Below are positions 60,718 to 64,000 of a DNA stretch of 64,000 nucleotides, piece after piece. Location: NCBI RefSeq assembly GCF_009914755.1, contig NC_060932.1. The stretch is one strand, 5' to 3'. The translations under genes and the position numbers were made by a program. This DNA comes from the human T2T-CHM13v2.0 reference genome, Homo sapiens. The notes below the pieces were generated by a model, which was given only the letters and a program-made list of their open reading frames with translations, made no database searches and had not been told where the DNA came from. Numbering within the stretch: position 1 is the first letter of the stretch; each line of letters starts with the position of its first letter.

Positions 60718-60781
60718 CTGACCTTTCTGAGCCTAAGCTGGAAGGCAAATACTGCCCTTTCTGAGCCTAAGCTGGGAGGCA
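60718..60781 (+). repeat. Tandem duplication, 34-bp period
   Basis: CTG(A/C)CCTTTCTGAGCCTAAGCTGG(A/G)AGGCA at 60718-60747 and 60752-60781. Confidence 0.9.
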
Positions 60782-61869
60782 CTCAAGGGTAGCAGTAAAG
60801 AGAATTGTCTCTGGAGATGGAATGCCACATATCAGCTATGTGATTTGGGCAAGTTGTTGAATCACATCTGATTTCTTACCTGTACAATGAGAATAACTAG
60901 AGTTCTATAATCTCAAGATTGCTGAGAAAATCTTGTTGGCACAAGATTATTGTTGGCACATATAAAACAATACATGCTAACCATTATTCACTGGTTTTCT
61001 CTTTATCACTGTGTCCCAGCCTGAGCAAGTTTTATTTCACCACAACACAGCTGAGACCAGTTAATAACATCTAATATTGACATGGCTGATGGCTCAGGAA
61101 TAAGAAGAGGGATTAAAATCAGAGGAAAGTGCAACTGCTATTTAATATGGAGACTCAGCTGCAATAGCCCCAGGTGTACGCTTCTGGGGGTGTCTTTCAG
61201 GGATCTTCCTTCCTCCCTGCATGTCTGTCCTTCTTTGTCAGATGACATTTTTGCCATAAGTCAAAAGAATATCCTTGAACTTATATCAACTCCTTGGAGT
61301 TCAAGCTTAGAGACGAGAATTGCCATCTTGGGGTTCATTTCCTTTTCTGGCATCATCTCCTTCTCAGGGTTTTCTTACCCCACTGCCTCTAGAATGATTT
61401 TTCTAAAACACACTTATTACTTCACTTCCTCCTGAAAACCACAGATTGTCCCCCTGGCACTTAGGACAGAAAATTCCTATTAGCACAAGAGGCTGTTTAT
61501 GTGTGCTGATCTTTCTTTGTGAGATGCACTTTCCTCCTGTTTTTTTTTTTTTTTTTTTTTTTTTTTAATGTCCATTCAATGGTCATGGCCTGGATCAAAC
61601 CTGACTTCCTCTGTGGATTCTTCCTGGAATTGTCTGGCACCCTGTATCCCCACATCTCAGCCAGGCTTCCTCCTCCAGGCCCCCATGACACTCCACACCT
61701 TACTGTGTTAACATTATAACATGTCATAATTTTCTTCTAGTCCTGCCTCTCCCATTAAAGTTGTGCTCTGTGAAAAGGGATGTTTTATCTTATTAATTGT
61801 AGAATCTAGTGTGGCACACAGTATCTGCTCATAAGAGTGGCCGGTGAATAAACTCATATTTACTGGGCA

Positions 61870-62075
61870 TTTTGTGGGCTTCCCTTTCATCTACTCTGAT
61901 CTGTACTGTAGATATAAGTAGGGCAAGTATTACTCTGCTCTCCAGTTTATATATGAGAAAAGGAGGTTCACAGAGTGAGGTACCTTGTCCACAGTCAACT
62001 TGGTCAGCCAAGCCAGGTAAAAGAAGATAAATTTGGACTCAGACCTTTGACTTTAATTCCAGTGTCCCCTTTCAC
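61870..62075 (-). mobile_element. MIR
   Basis: CCAGTTTATATATGAGAAAAGGAGGTTCACAGAG..CTTGTCCACAGTCA. Confidence 0.55.
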
Positions 62076-62580
62076 TACTTCGTACTGTTTCCTTTGGACA
62101 GAAATTAAATCCTGGTAGATAAAGGGGAAGACGTAAGGAAGACAAGACAAGGGACTGAGGAAATGTTGGGGAAGATGAGAACACCTCAGAAACCACAATT
62201 GAAGAATTCCTAGGACCCCCAGGTAAAGCTGTTTGGGTGTGATACATCCTTGGGCATATTGTTGACTGATTTTTAGGCTTGAGGGAAGATACTCTTTGTT
62301 TTAAACAAGGTGGATGGAAATGAAGGTGGAGAGAAACACCGTGAGAAAGATTTTAATGCAAAGCCAATCCAAGCACCATCTCTTAGAGCCTTATTTCTTT
62401 TCAGCAGCTCTCTGGATTGTTCTAAGAAGTGATGGGTAATTTTATAAAAGTCTTAAGCTGTTGTTAAGAGATCTTTTTAAAGCTGAAGGCAAAACAAACA
62501 AACATGATGTCCTACAAAGCTGAGAATAAGCTCCAGAGAGAGGGAAGGCAGCAGAAATAGTTACTGGGATGGGGAAAGAG

Positions 62581-62870
62581 ATCGCAATGTACCTTGTCTC
62601 AAGCCCTATGAACGCTGTCGCCTCACCCTCCTGCAAAGTCCCGTGGGCAGCCCGAGCTTGGCTGAGAGGGGAGGCAACAGAGACGCCAGGATGGGAGAGC
62701 TCGGAGCTATTTCGGACTCCAGGCCAACATCCACGGAGACCTTGAGTTACGTCATCGGAACTGTCTGGACTTTGGTCCCCTTATGCCAAATGCGGTTTCC
62801 AGAAAAAGGATCCGCAGCGTATTTGGAAGCTCATCAACTAAAAGTTGTCTCGTCACTTTCATGCGTGAGA
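62581..62870. promoter_or_regulatory. Small CpG-rich patch, candidate promoter or enhancer
   Basis: About 16 CpGs in ~290 bp of non-Alu sequence; TTACGTCA (62747) next to CGGAA (62756). Confidence 0.5.
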
Positions 62871-62919
62871 TCTTTTCATTTGTGAAGAGCATATTATTTT
62901 GCTTAATTATGGGCTGCGA

Positions 62920-63170
62920 GGAGGTGGCATAGAGCAGTGGAAAAAGCCTGGGCTCTGGAGTCAGAGAGACCTAGTCTGAATCATGGCTCTGCCATCCACC
63001 AGCTACGGGACACTGGCCTGGTGGGCCTGTTTCCTTGTCCATAAACTGAGAATAATCTTGCAATAATTAACTATCTTGGAGGGAGGTTGTTAGGATAAGA
63101 CGATAAATGCATGTCAAGAATCTTGTTCTGCTGTTCAGATATTTAATCATCAGTCGCTGTTATTAATAAA
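62920..63170 (+). mobile_element. MIR
   Basis: GGCATAGAGCAGTGGAAAAAGCCTGGGCTCTGGAGTCAGAGAGACCTAGTCTGAATCATGGCTCTGCCA. Confidence 0.8.
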
Positions 63171-64000
63171 GTATCTGACTTTTCAGTAACATTTAGCATA
63201 TGAGATTTCTCGTTCACTCTAACAGTATGGCTATAGTGGTATACATAATCTCCTTTTGCTTGTGAATACTGCTAAAATTAAATTCCCATTTTTCAAAGAC
63301 GTTTTCTTATATGGAGTCTTGCCGATGATGATTTTCAGCACCCTGACAATTTGTTGTTTTTAAATACTTATAGTTTATTTTGTAATCATCTATGCCATAA
63401 CTAATTACACTTTTTTTTTTTTCAAGGAAAGGGGCACATCCAGAAAGGAGATAAGATCAGAAGCCTTTATTTCCACTATTCAGCCACTCACTGCCTGAGA
63501 CTTAACTTCATTTCAAGTAAGGGGATAATATTTGGCCCCTAAGTATCTTACAAGGGTTTTGTTTTCCCTAAGAGAAAAAAAATTAGGTAAGATCATAAGT
63601 AAGAAAGGATTTTTTGAATTAAAAATATATGCAAATGCAAGTTATAACAATTTTTGTTCTGGATATTTTTGCAGTAGATAGAAAAGTTCTTTGTGCTGTG
63701 GCCACCTGCCTAATGCTGTTGACTGGCTGGTAATAGATGCCTGGGAGTCATTTTGAGGTTACTTAGAGCCTCTTTCCACCACCAGATGGAAGGAAATTGG
63801 GCAACTTCTTGAGTAATTGGCTCTTCTGACTCACGTTTCTTGCATTGTGACCTGGGTGCTACCCAGGATGAGCAAGGAATTTCCTCTCTGGAGTTGTTTA
63901 AGGAATAGCCCAAACGTTCAGCTTCATCTTTTTTTAATGCCGCCTCTAACACTACCTGAGCAGCCACAGAAAAGTATTTGCTGCTGCAGTATTTTGGATC

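Noticed and set aside
63710-63967. 85-aa minus-strand ORF with plausible-looking composition
   Set aside because: It has a GTG start, no recognisable homolog and no convincing splice-site pair. A translated database search would be needed to reconsider it.

Overview
AT-rich, CpG-depleted, repeat-dense primate genomic DNA, most likely human intronic or intergenic sequence. I find no credible protein-coding exon, RNA gene or CRISPR array. The ORF track consists of decayed L1 ORF2 and mariner transposase fragments, Alu-derived frames and chance short frames. Roughly half of the window is recognisable interspersed repeat: 12 Alus (J, S and Y types, most with target-site duplications, TSDs); a 5'-inverted (twin-primed) L1PA with a 16-bp TSD; a ~7.5-kb old L1M with a monomeric 5' UTR that hosts a THE1 solo LTR, three Alus and a near full-length HSMAR2 mariner; several MaLR/ERVL LTRs; Tigger2, MER58 and MER5 DNA transposons; MIR and L2 relics; and microsatellites. 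In the non-repeat sequence, the points of interest are a strong CTCF motif with retained CpGs (~31.73 kb), a ~290-bp CpG-rich patch (~62.6-62.9 kb), a ~115-bp dispersed local duplication (18.9 and 19.8 kb) and a few enhancer-like motif clusters. I see no evidence for a novel biological system. Subfamily names come from recalled consensus sequences, not from a database search, and boundaries of old elements are approximate.
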